A stretch of DNA of 34,947 nucleotides from a bacterium (GCA_041640655.1 JBEPZV010000027.1:1-34947); one strand, 5' to 3'. Counted from the stretch's first letter, positions 24,193 through 34,161 are shown. Numbers and translations: made by a program. The notes: generated by a model not told the origin, from the sequence alone.

Positions 24193-27100
24193 ATGTCCCG
24201 TGACGAGACACGTGAAAAAGCGCGGCGACTCTTTCACTTCCTCAAAGAGTATGCGGCCATTCGGTTTCCCCTCGTGCGAGACCTCGACAGGGTCCGGTGG
24301 AAGCTCGCGCTCAATGAACTGCCCAAACATCCGACCATCACCGTGAACCGGTCTGTCGCCGAGGAGCCGGAGAACGCGGGCAATGACGAGCCCGCGATTC
24401 TCATGCGCATTCGGAGGCCGCGTCGCTCGACCCCGCCCCGGCTGCCGACTTCTCTGGAGGGCTGGCTTGATGGCCCCTTCGACGATCCGCATACGGAGCC
24501 CAAAATTCGCCCCGAGCGTCGCGTTGGGGAGGCTGACGGCACAGCGGAACGCTTCGATGCCGATCCGGCGCGATCTCGCGACTGGTCGGCATGGCTGGAG
24601 AAATGGCGCGCCTGGGCACAAAATGAACGCCCCACCCGCGAAGCCGAGAAGATTTACGAACGGTTCCACGAGCTGTACGGCGAGCTACAGCGCGAGGGAG
24701 AGCGCTACGAGCTGGTCCTCGCCGATGGGGTCCTCTTCTGGAAATGGCGCGACGGCTTCGTCCACTATCCCCTCATTCTGATGCCCGTGCAGTTGCGCTT
24801 CGATTCGGATGTCCCCGAGTTCATCATCCAGGAGACCGACCGAAACCCGGAGTTGAACACCCTGATTCTGCGCGACGCGCCGCTCACGAACCCCACCGTG
24901 CTCTCTTCCTTGCGCGACGAGGTCGCTTCCGGGAGCACGGTACTTCATCCTCTGGAAGAGGGAGGAGAGACCACGGCGTTTCTCACGCGATTGGCGCGCT
25001 CGCTCAGTGCGGACGGTGAGTTCACCGATGAGCCTCTTGATCCCCGCAGCGTTCGCGGTCCTCATCCCCTGCGCATCTGGCGGCAACCGATGCTGATGCT
25101 TCGAGAACGCTCCCAGGGGTATGCGCGGGGCGTCGAGCGCGTGCTGGAGGTTCTCCAGCAGGATGGGGAGATCCCCGAAGCGATCCGCTCGATCATGGGC
25201 ATGGCGCCGTCTTCCCGGACGAGCGTTTCGGGCACTTCCCACCGCGACGTCGCTTCCGATGACGATCTGGATCGCCTTCGCTCGGTGTACTTCACCAAGC
25301 CCTGGAACCGCGAGCAATTGCACATCGCCGATCGGCTCGCCCGATTCGGAGCCGTTCTCGTTCAAGGTCCGCCGGGGACGGGAAAGACGCACACCATCGC
25401 CAATCTCATCGGGCACCTGCTGGCGCAGGGTCGGTCGGTGCTCGTGACCGCGCACACCTCGAAAGCCCTGCGCGTGCTGCGCGACTTCATTCCGGAGCGG
25501 TTGCGCCCCCTGGCCGTCTCCGTTCTCGACGACGAGCTGGCCAGCCGCCAACAACTGGAGGAAGCCGTGCAGGCGATCACCGAGCATTTGAATCGTGACG
25601 CCAAACAATTCCACGAAGAGGCAGACCGACTCGAGCGCGAGCGCCAGCGCCTCCTTCAGGACATCGCGCAACTGCGAACGCAACTGGTCGAAGCTATCGG
25701 CAAAGAATATCGTCCCATCGTCATCGCCGGGCAGGAGTATTACCCTTTGGAGGCAGCGCGACGCGTTGCCGAAGGAATCGGATGCGATGATTGGATTCCA
25801 TCACCGGTGGAGCCGGGAACTGCTCTGCCGCTCAGCCACGAAGAACTCGCCGAGTTGTATCGCCTCAACCGCGAGCTTCCGAAGGAAGACGAACGCGAGC
25901 TGCTCGCTTCGCTTCCCGATCCGGAGAAGCTCCCCTCTCCCGAAGAATTCGAGAACCTGGTCGCGCGGATCACGCAAGCGGTGGAAGGTCACCGTCCGGA
26001 GTGGTGGGCGCAAGACCACACGGTCTCCGATATTCCCCTTCTGCAGGACGCCGCGAGGCGTGCACGCGAACTCGGCGAACGTTTGCAAGAAGCCAAGTCG
26101 TGGGAGCTGATGTTGATCGGGAGCAACTCCGCGCTCTTCGAGACAGAACTCTTCGGCCCAGCCGAAACCCTCCGTCGGCTTGTCGGGGAAACCGCCTCGC
26201 TGCGCATCGAGCACAATCCAGTGCTGCCGAATGACGGCGCCTGGGAGGAGCACGAGTGGATGGCCGAAGAACTGGCCGCACTCGCCGAGCGTCGAGGTGG
26301 GCGATTGACCTGGTGGGATGCGTCCGTTGCGCCACTTCTCAAGCGCCGCCGCAGGCGATTCCTCGCCTCGGCCAGAGTCGCCACGGGCAGGCCGATGCGG
26401 GTCGAGCACTTTCGTGCTCTGGCGGCGGAGGCGAGAATCAGAAAAGAGCGCGAGCGCCTCTGCCGAGCCTGGAACTATCTCATCACGCAGCGAGGCGGAC
26501 CGGAAGCGAAGACCCTTGGACCACAACCGCCGGAAGAAGCGATCGCGCAGCAGACCCCGTATCTCCTCCGGTGGCTCTCTCTGAACGAGGAGGTTTCGAC
26601 GCTCCTGGACGAGTTGCAGCGCTTGGGCCTGCGTTGGGATCATGCCTTTCGGGAACCGACCGGAGGCGATCCCGTTGCGCGGTGGCGTGCGCTCGGAGCA
26701 TTCCTCTCCGAGGCGCTCCCGGAGGCGTTGAACGCCGCTGCGCATAGGGCCGATCAGCAGGAGGCCAGGCAGCGCGTTCAAGCGGTGGACGGTTTGCTGG
26801 ACGCCTTTACCGATAGTGAGATCGCGACCGCCCTTCGGGAAGCGCTGAAGCGCCTCAATCCCGACCGCTATCGAGAGGCCCACAGACGCCTCCGCACCGT
26901 TTGGGCGAAACACGTTCATCTGGTGCGCCGCAAGGAGCTGCTCGAACGGCTCGCCCGCGTGGCTCCCGGTTGGGCCGATGCCCTTCGCACGCGAAGCGGC
27001 CGGCACGCTGAAGCCGAACTTCCCGGCGATCCGCACACGGCCTGGCTCTGGCGGCAACTCCACGACGAACTCGTCCGCCGTGCACAGGTAGACGTGCAGG

Positions 27101-28938
27101 AGCTTCAACGGCGACTCGAAGAACAGATGAAGCAGCTCCGCCAGGTGACCGAAGAACTCGTCTATCATCGCACTTGGGCTTATCGCATCGAGCAGACAAC
27201 ACAGGAGCACCGGCAGGCTCTCGTTGGCTGGCTCAACACGATCCGCCGACTCGGGAAAGGAAAGGGACGTTCGGCACCCCGCCTCCGCGAGCAAGCGGCC
27301 ATGCTGCTCGCCAAAGCCAAAGACGCCGTCCCCGTCTGGATCATGCCGCTTGGGCGCGTCGTCGAGCAAATAGATCCCACCCGGACGCGCTTCGATGTCG
27401 TCATCGTGGACGAGGCCAGCCAGTGCGACATGCTCGGTCTTCTGGCCGTCTTCCTCGCACGGCAGGTGATCGTCGTCGGGGATCACGAGCAGGTGAGCCC
27501 CGAAGGCGTCGGGCAGGAGCTTGCTCGTCTGGAGCATCTGCAACAGGAATTCCTGGAGGGCCACATCCCCAATGCGCATCTCTACGACGGCCGGCGTTCG
27601 CTCTACGACATCGCGCGCGAATCCTTCGGCGGCGCCCTCATGCTCACCGAACACTTCCGCTGCGTGCCCGAGATCATTGCCTTCAGCAACCGACTCTGCT
27701 ATGGCGGTCAAATCCGTCCGCTTCGCGAACAGAACAGCACACCACTGAAGCCCGCCGTCGTGCCTTATCGAGTCAGGGGGACGGCTCAGGGGAAGGTGAA
27801 CGAAGAGGAGGCGGAGACGATCGCCGCGCTCATCCTGGCCATACTGCAGCATCCGGCATACGCCGGAAAGACCATCGGCGTCATCTCCATGGTCGGCGAC
27901 GAGCAGGCCAAGCGGATCGAGCGTCTGGTCCGCGAGCGGTGCCTTGACAATCCCCCGCTGGAGCACGAGCTGGAGAAGCGGAAATTCCTCTGCGGCAATT
28001 CGGCGCAATTTCAGGGCGACGAACGGGACGTCGTTTTCCTCTCCCTGGTGGACAGTCCGAGCCCCGACGGCCCGCTTCCGCTGCGCAACGATGACCGATT
28101 CAAGCAGCGCTTCAACGTCGCCGCCAGCCGCGCCCGCGATCAGCTCTGGGTCGTCTACTCGCTCGATCCGGCGAGCGATCTCAAAGAGGGAGACCTGCGG
28201 CGCGAGCTGATCGAATTCGCCAAGCAAGCCTATGACAACCCCAATGCCGTGATCGCCATTCCGGAGGCCGAGCGCACCGAGTCCCCGTTCGAGCGGGAGG
28301 TGCTCGAGTGGCTGGTGCACAAAGGCTATCGCGTGCGTGCGCAGTACACGGTCGGAGCCTATCGCATTGACCTCGTCGTCGAGGGCGAGGCGGATCGCGT
28401 GGCCATCGAATGCGACGGGGGTCGCTACCACTACTCGAACGAACAGATTCAGCGAGATCTTGAGCGGCAGGCCGTGCTCGAACGGCTCGGTTGGCGCTTC
28501 ATTCGCATTCGCGGCTCCGAATTCTATCGCGATCGCGAAACTGCCATGCGCCGCGTGGAGCGGGAGCTGGAGCGGCTAGGCATCCGTCCGCGCGGCCGCT
28601 TTGCCGGTGAAGGTGATAACAAGGAGGTCTCCCCTCAGCCCTTGGTCGAGAAGATCCGCCGAGAGGCGGAGAGGATTAAGGCCGAACGCTCCGGGGACCG
28701 CGAGTCGGTGGAGCCGGTGCCGTCGCGCTACGCACTCTCATCACGGAGTGACGACAAGCCCGACACTCGTTCGTCTCCGCCCTCGCCCGGCTCGACGGTA
28801 CTCCGCTGGGCCGAACGACCGCGCGAATTAGGGGCGCAATCATCAACGGGCGCGACTTCTCCACCACCAACGGAAAGACTCTCGGAGCAACAGCCTCTCC
28901 ATCCTATCGTGCGAATCTTCCGGCATGGGAGGCGCTGA
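24193..28938 (+). CDS. SF1 (DNA2/Upf1-like, AAA_11/AAA_12) helicase fused to a C-terminal Vsr/DUF559-like endonuclease
   Basis: RBS AAGGAGGTG; motifs QGPPGTGKT, DEASQ, GDHEQ, LTEHFRC, FQGDERD and NVAASRAR; nuclease motif ESPFE..YRIDLVV..AIECDG..LERLGW. Confidence 0.92.
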   Translation: MSRDETREKARRLFHFLKEYAAIRFPLVRDLDRVRWKLALNELPKHPTITVNRSVAEEPENAGNDEPAILMRIRRPRRSTPPRLPTSLEGWLDGPFDDPHTEPKIRPERRVGEADGTAERFDADPARSRDWSAWLEKWRAWAQNERPTREAEKIYERFHELYGELQREGERYELVLADGVLFWKWRDGFVHYPLILMPVQLRFDSDVPEFIIQETDRNPELNTLILRDAPLTNPTVLSSLRDEVASGSTVLHPLEEGGETTAFLTRLARSLSADGEFTDEPLDPRSVRGPHPLRIWRQPMLMLRERSQGYARGVERVLEVLQQDGEIPEAIRSIMGMAPSSRTSVSGTSHRDVASDDDLDRLRSVYFTKPWNREQLHIADRLARFGAVLVQGPPGTGKTHTIANLIGHLLAQGRSVLVTAHTSKALRVLRDFIPERLRPLAVSVLDDELASRQQLEEAVQAITEHLNRDAKQFHEEADRLERERQRLLQDIAQLRTQLVEAIGKEYRPIVIAGQEYYPLEAARRVAEGIGCDDWIPSPVEPGTALPLSHEELAELYRLNRELPKEDERELLASLPDPEKLPSPEEFENLVARITQAVEGHRPEWWAQDHTVSDIPLLQDAARRARELGERLQEAKSWELMLIGSNSALFETELFGPAETLRRLVGETASLRIEHNPVLPNDGAWEEHEWMAEELAALAERRGGRLTWWDASVAPLLKRRRRRFLASARVATGRPMRVEHFRALAAEARIRKERERLCRAWNYLITQRGGPEAKTLGPQPPEEAIAQQTPYLLRWLSLNEEVSTLLDELQRLGLRWDHAFREPTGGDPVARWRALGAFLSEALPEALNAAAHRADQQEARQRVQAVDGLLDAFTDSEIATALREALKRLNPDRYREAHRRLRTVWAKHVHLVRRKELLERLARVAPGWADALRTRSGRHAEAELPGDPHTAWLWRQLHDELVRRAQVDVQELQRRLEEQMKQLRQVTEELVYHRTWAYRIEQTTQEHRQALVGWLNTIRRLGKGKGRSAPRLREQAAMLLAKAKDAVPVWIMPLGRVVEQIDPTRTRFDVVIVDEASQCDMLGLLAVFLARQVIVVGDHEQVSPEGVGQELARLEHLQQEFLEGHIPNAHLYDGRRSLYDIARESFGGALMLTEHFRCVPEIIAFSNRLCYGGQIRPLREQNSTPLKPAVVPYRVRGTAQGKVNEEEAETIAALILAILQHPAYAGKTIGVISMVGDEQAKRIERLVRERCLDNPPLEHELEKRKFLCGNSAQFQGDERDVVFLSLVDSPSPDGPLPLRNDDRFKQRFNVAASRARDQLWVVYSLDPASDLKEGDLRRELIEFAKQAYDNPNAVIAIPEAERTESPFEREVLEWLVHKGYRVRAQYTVGAYRIDLVVEGEADRVAIECDGGRYHYSNEQIQRDLERQAVLERLGWRFIRIRGSEFYRDRETAMRRVERELERLGIRPRGRFAGEGDNKEVSPQPLVEKIRREAERIKAERSGDRESVEPVPSRYALSSRSDDKPDTRSSPPSPGSTVLRWAERPRELGAQSSTGATSPPPTERLSEQQPLHPIVRIFRHGRR

Positions 28939-29066
28939 GATGTGCTCGATGCCGGCATCTGCCGACGTGGTCCCGAATCAGATCGTCGAGGACTTTTGCA
29001 CTGAATCCGTTCACCAGCGGTCCTGAGCTGCCATGTCGCTTCGGGCATTTGTTCTCCTCCGAAAAG

Positions 29067-29131
29067 GGCCACAGATTTCACGGATTCGCACCGAATTGTT
29101 ATCTCTGTGAGAATCGGTGTCTTCTGTGGCC
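29067..29131. repeat. Short intergenic palindromic (REP-like) element
   Basis: GGCCACAGA...TCTGTGGCC ends, with inner CACCGA/TCGGTG pairing. Confidence 0.5.
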
Positions 29132-29290
29132 GGCTTTTCATCGGTTCGGGGCGCCGCCACCGGCGACATGAATAACTCCTCCCGCTCGAATTTCTCGCGC
29201 AAGACGCGGCGAAGAGCGTGATGAAGCCTCATCATGCCAGTCCCAGAACCCGATCGGAGTTGGGGTGAACGGGCGGGGCAGAATCTTTGC

Positions 29291-29319
29291 TTGACGGACT
29301 CCGGGAGAAGGGATAAGCT
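29291..29319 (+). promoter_or_regulatory. Candidate sigma70 promoter for the TPR-CHAT gene
   Basis: TTGACG-17 nt-TAAGCT, about 35 nt upstream of ATG 29353. Confidence 0.5.
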
Positions 29320-29352
29320 CTTGCCAAACGATCCTGATCGGAGGGAAGGCTC

Positions 29353-32300
29353 ATGACATCACCGATGAGCGTCGGTTTGCCGCAGAGGGTTACCGGAGGA
29401 AGTCTGGGGGCCTCGCTTCTTCTGATCGTCGCCCTGGCGTTGCCGTCGCGCGTCCTTCTGCGGGCCCAGCAAGCGCAGGTGCTGGAGCCGGGCCAAGCGG
29501 TGGAACGGACGCTGGCCGGTGGGGAGCGTCACATCTACGCGCTCACCCTTTCGGCGGGTCACTACTTCCGTCTGGCCGTCGAACAGCAGGGGGTGGACGT
29601 GGTGGTGACGTTGTTCGGCCCCGATGGGCAGAAAATCGTCGAGATGGACAGTCCGACCGGGACTCAGGGGGTCGAGTCGGTGGCTCATGTCGCAGATATC
29701 GAGGGAGTTTACCGCGTGGAGGTGCGCGCTCTGGAGGAGCGAGCGCCTGCCGGGCGCTATACCATGCGCCTGGAGGAGCTGCGTCCGGCCACCGAGCAGG
29801 ATCGAACCCGCATCGCTGCCGATCGGGCCTTTGCCGAAGCCACGCTTCTCACTGCACAGCAGACGGCCGACGCACTCCGCCGGGCGATCGGGAAGTACGA
29901 GGAAGCTGCTCGGCTCTACCGCGCCCTGGATGATCGCCGGAAGGAAGCCGGATCTCTTTACCTGACCAGCGCCGTCTCCTTTCTGATCGGCGAAATCCGG
30001 AAGGCGCTCGAGTACCTCGGCCAGGCGCTGCCCATCTTCCGAGCCGTTGGAGATCGCCAAGGGGAAGCCATAACGCTCCACAGCATCGGCAGGGTGTATT
30101 GGGACCTGGGCGAGCAGCAGAAGGCGCTGGAGTACTACGGCCAGGCGCTGCCCATCTTCCGAGCCGTTGGAGATCGCCAAGGGGAAGCCATGACGCTCCA
30201 CAGCATCGGCAGGGCGTATTCGGACCTGGGCGAGCAGCAGAAGGCGCTGGAGTACTATGGCCAGGCGCTGCCCATCTTCCGAGCCGTTGGGGATCGCCGA
30301 GGGGAAGCCACGACGCTCAACGGCATCGGTGTGGTGTATTCGGACCTGGGCGAGAAGCAGAAGGCGCTGGAGTACTACGGCCAGGCGCTGCCCATCTTCC
30401 GAGCCGTTGGGGATCGCCAAGGGGAAGCCGCGACGCTCAACAGCATCGGTGTGGTGTATTCGGACCTGGGCGAGAAGCAGAAGGCGCTGGAGTACTATGG
30501 CCAGGCGCTGGCCCTCCGCCGAGCCGTTGGGGATCGCCAAGGGGAAGCCACGACGCTCAACAACATCGGCAGGGTGTATTCGGACCTGGGCGAGAAGCAG
30601 AAGGCGCTGGAGTACCTCGGCCAGGCGCTGCCCATCTTCCGAGCCGTTGGAGATCGCCGAGGAGAAGCCACGACGCTCAACGGCATCGGCTGGGTGTATT
30701 CGGCCCTGGGCGAGAAGCAGAAGGCGCTGGAGTACTATGGCCAGGCGCTGGCCCTCCGCCGAGCCGTTGGGGATCGCCAAGGGGAAGCCACGACGCTCAA
30801 CAACATCGGCACGGTGTATTCGGACCTGGGCGAGAAGCAGAAGGCGCTGGAGTACTTCGGCCAGGCGCTGGCCCTCAGCCGAGCCGTTGGGGATCGCCAA
30901 GGGGAAGCCACGACGCTCCACAACATCGGCACGGTGTATTCGGCCCTGGGCGAGAAGCAGAAGGCGCTGGAGTACTATGGCCAGGCGCTGGCCCTCCGCC
31001 GAGCCGTTGGAGATCGCCAAGGGGAAGCCATGGCGCTCAACGGCATCGGCAGGGTGTATTCGGACCTGGGCGAGCAGCAGAAGGCGCTGGAGTACTACGG
31101 CCAGGCGCTGCCCATCTTCCGAGCCGTTGGAGATCGCCAAGGGGAAGCCACGACGCTCAACAACATTGGCCTAGTATACTCGAAGTTGGGCGAGCAGCAG
31201 AAGGCGCTGGAGTACTATGGCCAGGCGCTGGCCCTCCACCGAGCCGTTGGGGATCGCCAAGGGGAAGCCACGACGCTCCACAACATCGGCGGGGTGTATT
31301 CGGACCTGGGCGAGCAGCAGAAGGCGCTGGAGTGCTTCGGCCAGGCGCTGCCCATCCTCCGAGCCGTTGGGGATCGCCAAGGGGAAGCCAGGACGCTCCA
31401 CAACATCGGCGGGGTGTATTCGGCCCTGGGCGAGCAGCAGAAGGCGCTGGAGTACTATGGCCAGGCGCTGCCCATCTTCCGAGCCGTTGGGGATCGCCAA
31501 TGGGAAGCCACGACGCTCCACAACATCGGTGCGGTGTATTCGGACCTGGGCGAGCAGCAGAAGGCGCTGGAGTACCTCGGCCAGGCGCTGGCCCTCTTCC
31601 GAGCCGTTGGATATCGAGAGGGGGAGGCCGTCGCGCTCGGCAATATCGCGCGCATCGAGCGGGATCGAGGGGAGCCGGCCCAGGCGCGGACCCGGATCGA
31701 AGCGGCGCTCGAACTGATCGAAGCCCTGCGGGCTGCTGCGCCGGGACCGGAACTGCGGGCGACCTTCTTGGCGTCCAACCGCGACTACTACGAGTTCTAC
31801 ATTGACCTGCTTGTGCGGCTCGATGAGCGGGAGCCGGGACGGGGGCATGATCGCGCCGCATTTCAGGCGAGCGAGCGGAGTCGGGCGCGAAGCCTGCTCG
31901 AGCTGCTGACCGAAGCCCGAATGGATGTGCGGCAGGGCATCGCGCCCGAATTGAAAGAGCGCGAGCGAGCCGTTCACGCCCGCATCGCCGGGATTCAAAG
32001 CCAACTGCTGCGCGTCCTGTCCCGAGCCAAGCCGAATCCGGCCGAAGTCGCGGCGCTCGAAGAGGCGTTGAAACAGGCCGACGCCGAGCGCGAGCAGGTG
32101 GAGCTGGAGATTCGGCGGAAGCATCCGCGCTATGCCGCGCTGCAGTATCCGACGCCGGTGGACGTGGCGTCGGTTCAAGAGGTGCTGGATGAGCAGACGG
32201 CGCTGCTCGAATATGTCCTCACGCGGGAGAGCGCGCTGCTGTTCATCCTCACCCGCGCGGATTTTCGGGTGCTGCGGTTGGGCGCGACGCCGGCGACGAT

Positions 32301-33339
32301 TCGGGAGCGGGTGGAGAAGCTACGGGCGGCCATCGCCGAGGGACCACAGTGGACGGTCTTCTCCAACTACGTGCTCAATGCCCGCTGGCTTTATCAAGAC
32401 CTGATCCAGCCGGCCGAGAAGTGGCTGGCGGGGAAGCGGGAGCTGATCATCGTGCCCGACGGCGTTTTGCATTATCTGCCCTTCGAGGTGTTGTTGACCA
32501 AGGGCGAGCTGACGGTCGAGCCGCGCGAGTTGTCTTACCTGGCGCGTGACTATGCCGTTCGCTATGTGCCGTCGGCGAGCGTGCTGGTCGAGCTGTCGCG
32601 GCCGGAGGCGGAGCGGTCCAAGCCGGGGAAGACGCTGGTGGCCTATGCCGATCCCGTCTACGGCGAGCCGGATGAGGCGAGCGCGGTGGGGAGGGCGCTG
32701 CGGAGCATGTGGGGGGAACTGCGGCGGCTGCCCCGGCTGCCCTACAGTCGTCAGGAAGTCGAGCGCATCGCCCGGCTCTATCCCGACGCCGAGGTCACGC
32801 TCTTTCTGGGCGCCGACGCCCGCGAGGAGAATGTCAAAAGCGGAGAGCCCGCGCGCTATCGCTTCGTCCACTTCGCCACGCATGGCGTGCTCAACGAGAA
32901 GCAGCCGCAGTATTCGGGCATCGTGCTGACGACGGGGGCGACGCGCTCCGGCTCGGGCGCACCGCGAGAGCCGGCGATGAGGGAAGAGGCGACCGAGGAC
33001 GGCCTGCTGCAGGTCTACGAGATCTTCAACCTGAAGCTGACGGCCGATGTCGTGGTGCTCTCGGCATGCGAGACCGGATTGGGCCGGGAGGTCAGAGGCG
33101 AAGGGATGGTGGGGCTCACGCGAGCGTTCCTCTACGCGGGCGCGCAAGCGGTGGTGGTGAGCCTGTGGAAAGTGGCCGATCCGGCGACGGCCGAATTGAT
33201 GATGCGGTTCTATCGCCAGATGAAGGCGGGCGTGGGGAAGGCCGAGGCGTTGCGCCGCGCGCGTTTGGAGTTGTTCCGCGAAGGTCGGTATGTGCATCCC
33301 TACTATTGGGCGCCGTTTGTCCTCGTGGGCGGGGCCTAG
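29353..33339 (+). CDS. Exported TPR-repeat CHAT-domain protease with N-terminal PPC-like beta domain
   Basis: Hydrophobic signal LLLIVALAL; PPC-like 'VEQQGVDVVVTLFGPDG'; 40-aa TPR array; CHAT IVPDGVLHYLPF, HFATHG (His), VVLSACETG (Cys), HPYYWAPF. Confidence 0.95.
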   Translation: MTSPMSVGLPQRVTGGSLGASLLLIVALALPSRVLLRAQQAQVLEPGQAVERTLAGGERHIYALTLSAGHYFRLAVEQQGVDVVVTLFGPDGQKIVEMDSPTGTQGVESVAHVADIEGVYRVEVRALEERAPAGRYTMRLEELRPATEQDRTRIAADRAFAEATLLTAQQTADALRRAIGKYEEAARLYRALDDRRKEAGSLYLTSAVSFLIGEIRKALEYLGQALPIFRAVGDRQGEAITLHSIGRVYWDLGEQQKALEYYGQALPIFRAVGDRQGEAMTLHSIGRAYSDLGEQQKALEYYGQALPIFRAVGDRRGEATTLNGIGVVYSDLGEKQKALEYYGQALPIFRAVGDRQGEAATLNSIGVVYSDLGEKQKALEYYGQALALRRAVGDRQGEATTLNNIGRVYSDLGEKQKALEYLGQALPIFRAVGDRRGEATTLNGIGWVYSALGEKQKALEYYGQALALRRAVGDRQGEATTLNNIGTVYSDLGEKQKALEYFGQALALSRAVGDRQGEATTLHNIGTVYSALGEKQKALEYYGQALALRRAVGDRQGEAMALNGIGRVYSDLGEQQKALEYYGQALPIFRAVGDRQGEATTLNNIGLVYSKLGEQQKALEYYGQALALHRAVGDRQGEATTLHNIGGVYSDLGEQQKALECFGQALPILRAVGDRQGEARTLHNIGGVYSALGEQQKALEYYGQALPIFRAVGDRQWEATTLHNIGAVYSDLGEQQKALEYLGQALALFRAVGYREGEAVALGNIARIERDRGEPAQARTRIEAALELIEALRAAAPGPELRATFLASNRDYYEFYIDLLVRLDEREPGRGHDRAAFQASERSRARSLLELLTEARMDVRQGIAPELKERERAVHARIAGIQSQLLRVLSRAKPNPAEVAALEEALKQADAEREQVELEIRRKHPRYAALQYPTPVDVASVQEVLDEQTALLEYVLTRESALLFILTRADFRVLRLGATPATIRERVEKLRAAIAEGPQWTVFSNYVLNARWLYQDLIQPAEKWLAGKRELIIVPDGVLHYLPFEVLLTKGELTVEPRELSYLARDYAVRYVPSASVLVELSRPEAERSKPGKTLVAYADPVYGEPDEASAVGRALRSMWGELRRLPRLPYSRQEVERIARLYPDAEVTLFLGADAREENVKSGEPARYRFVHFATHGVLNEKQPQYSGIVLTTGATRSGSGAPREPAMREEATEDGLLQVYEIFNLKLTADVVVLSACETGLGREVRGEGMVGLTRAFLYAGAQAVVVSLWKVADPATAELMMRFYRQMKAGVGKAEALRRARLELFREGRYVHPYYWAPFVLVGGA
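30001..31620 (+). repeat. Tandem array of 120-bp units (13 complete plus a partial 14th) encoding 40-aa TPR motifs
   Basis: The unit start AAGGCGCT(C/G)GAGT recurs every 120 nt from 30001 to 31561. Confidence 0.97.
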
Positions 33340-33513
33340 ACAACCCGCGCGAAGCGTTCCGAACACAAGCCCGAAGCGTTCCGCATCCAAGCCCGCGCAC
33401 GCAGGCGGCCCATGCGGAAGGCGGACCGTGATGTCGCCGGATGAACACCGTGTGCGATCGTGCGGATGGGCCGCCCCCTTCGGGGGCTTGGGGAATGATC
33501 GGGGCGACGTTGT

Positions 33514-33570
33514 CCCAGGGCTCGCTCGCGCTCGCCTCGGGCTACGTTCGCACGCCCGCTCGCGCGGGCT
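33514..33570 (-). repeat. REP-like element (same family as 34422-34610, opposite orientation)
   Basis: Reverse complement reads AGCCCGCGCGAGCGGGCG...AGCCCGAGGCGAGCGCGAGCGAGCCCTGGG. Confidence 0.55.
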
Positions 33571-33691
33571 TGATGCGGCGTGGCGGCCTCTCGAATAACC
33601 TCGCCTCCGGCCCGCTCTGGACGAGATCCGGACGCCTGCTCGATCTGGCTTCGTGCAGAACATCTCAATGGGGCTCACACTCTCATCAGCC

Positions 33692-34150
33692 TCACGGGAC
33701 CTCCGGGTTGAGAACGCGAAGCCCCTCGCGTTGAGCAGCAGCGCAGAGCCTGGCATCTGCGCACACAAAGCAATCTAACGAGCCTTGAGCGCGAAGCCAG
33801 ACGGCCACCGCCAATTGCAGTGCATCGAGCGTACGCAATGGGTGACGCAATCCCCACCTCGCCAACAAACGAATCGCTTCCCGCTCGTGAACGAAAGTGA
33901 ATCGAACGATCCGGAATGTCCTCGCCCTGAGGTCCGCAAAGAAACGCCCCTGCCATTGCCGGAATGGCGCCGCCGTGATCTCTCCTGCTCTAACGCGCCG
34001 GGCAAAGGCGGCGTGAATCTCCACCAGACGGATGTGAGAGATGAAACAGCGGTGAGCGGGGTCATCAACAAGCGCGATCACCGTGGGACTGCCGATCTCC
34101 AGGTGATAATACTTCACCAGGGCGCTGGTATCGAGAAAAAGGTGAGCCAT
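33692..34150 (-). CDS. vapC: VapC-family PIN toxin
   Basis: LFLDTSALVKYY, E in RLVEI, LRTLDALQLA, FVCADARL. Confidence 0.92.
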   Translation of the reverse strand: MAHLFLDTSALVKYYHLEIGSPTVIALVDDPAHRCFISHIRLVEIHAAFARRVRAGEITAAPFRQWQGRFFADLRARTFRIVRFTFVHEREAIRLLARWGLRHPLRTLDALQLAVAVWLRAQGSLDCFVCADARLCAAAQREGLRVLNPEVP

Positions 34151-34161
34151 AGCGGGCGAAC

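Noticed and set aside
25801..28431. 876-aa antisense ORF
   Set aside because: Codon-mirror of the helicase gene
29011..29235. 74-aa minus-strand ORF upstream of the CHAT gene
   Set aside because: It runs through a palindromic element and has no recognisable family signal.
30001..31620. Variable dipeptides (NG, NN, NS, HN) resemble TALE RVDs
   Set aside because: The units are 40-aa TPRs (LxxIGxVY..LG..KALEYY..AL), not 34-aa TALE repeats, and the protein appears exported; treated as coincidence.
30001..31620. Diversity-generating retroelement or CRISPR array as the source of the repeat pattern
   Set aside because: No reverse transcriptase or separate template repeat is in the window. The units are contiguous and coding, with no unique spacers.
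29359..32178. Long alternative-frame and antisense ORFs over the TPR array (e.g. 29359-31140, 30099-31805)
   Set aside because: Shadows of a stop-poor, GC-rich tandem repeat
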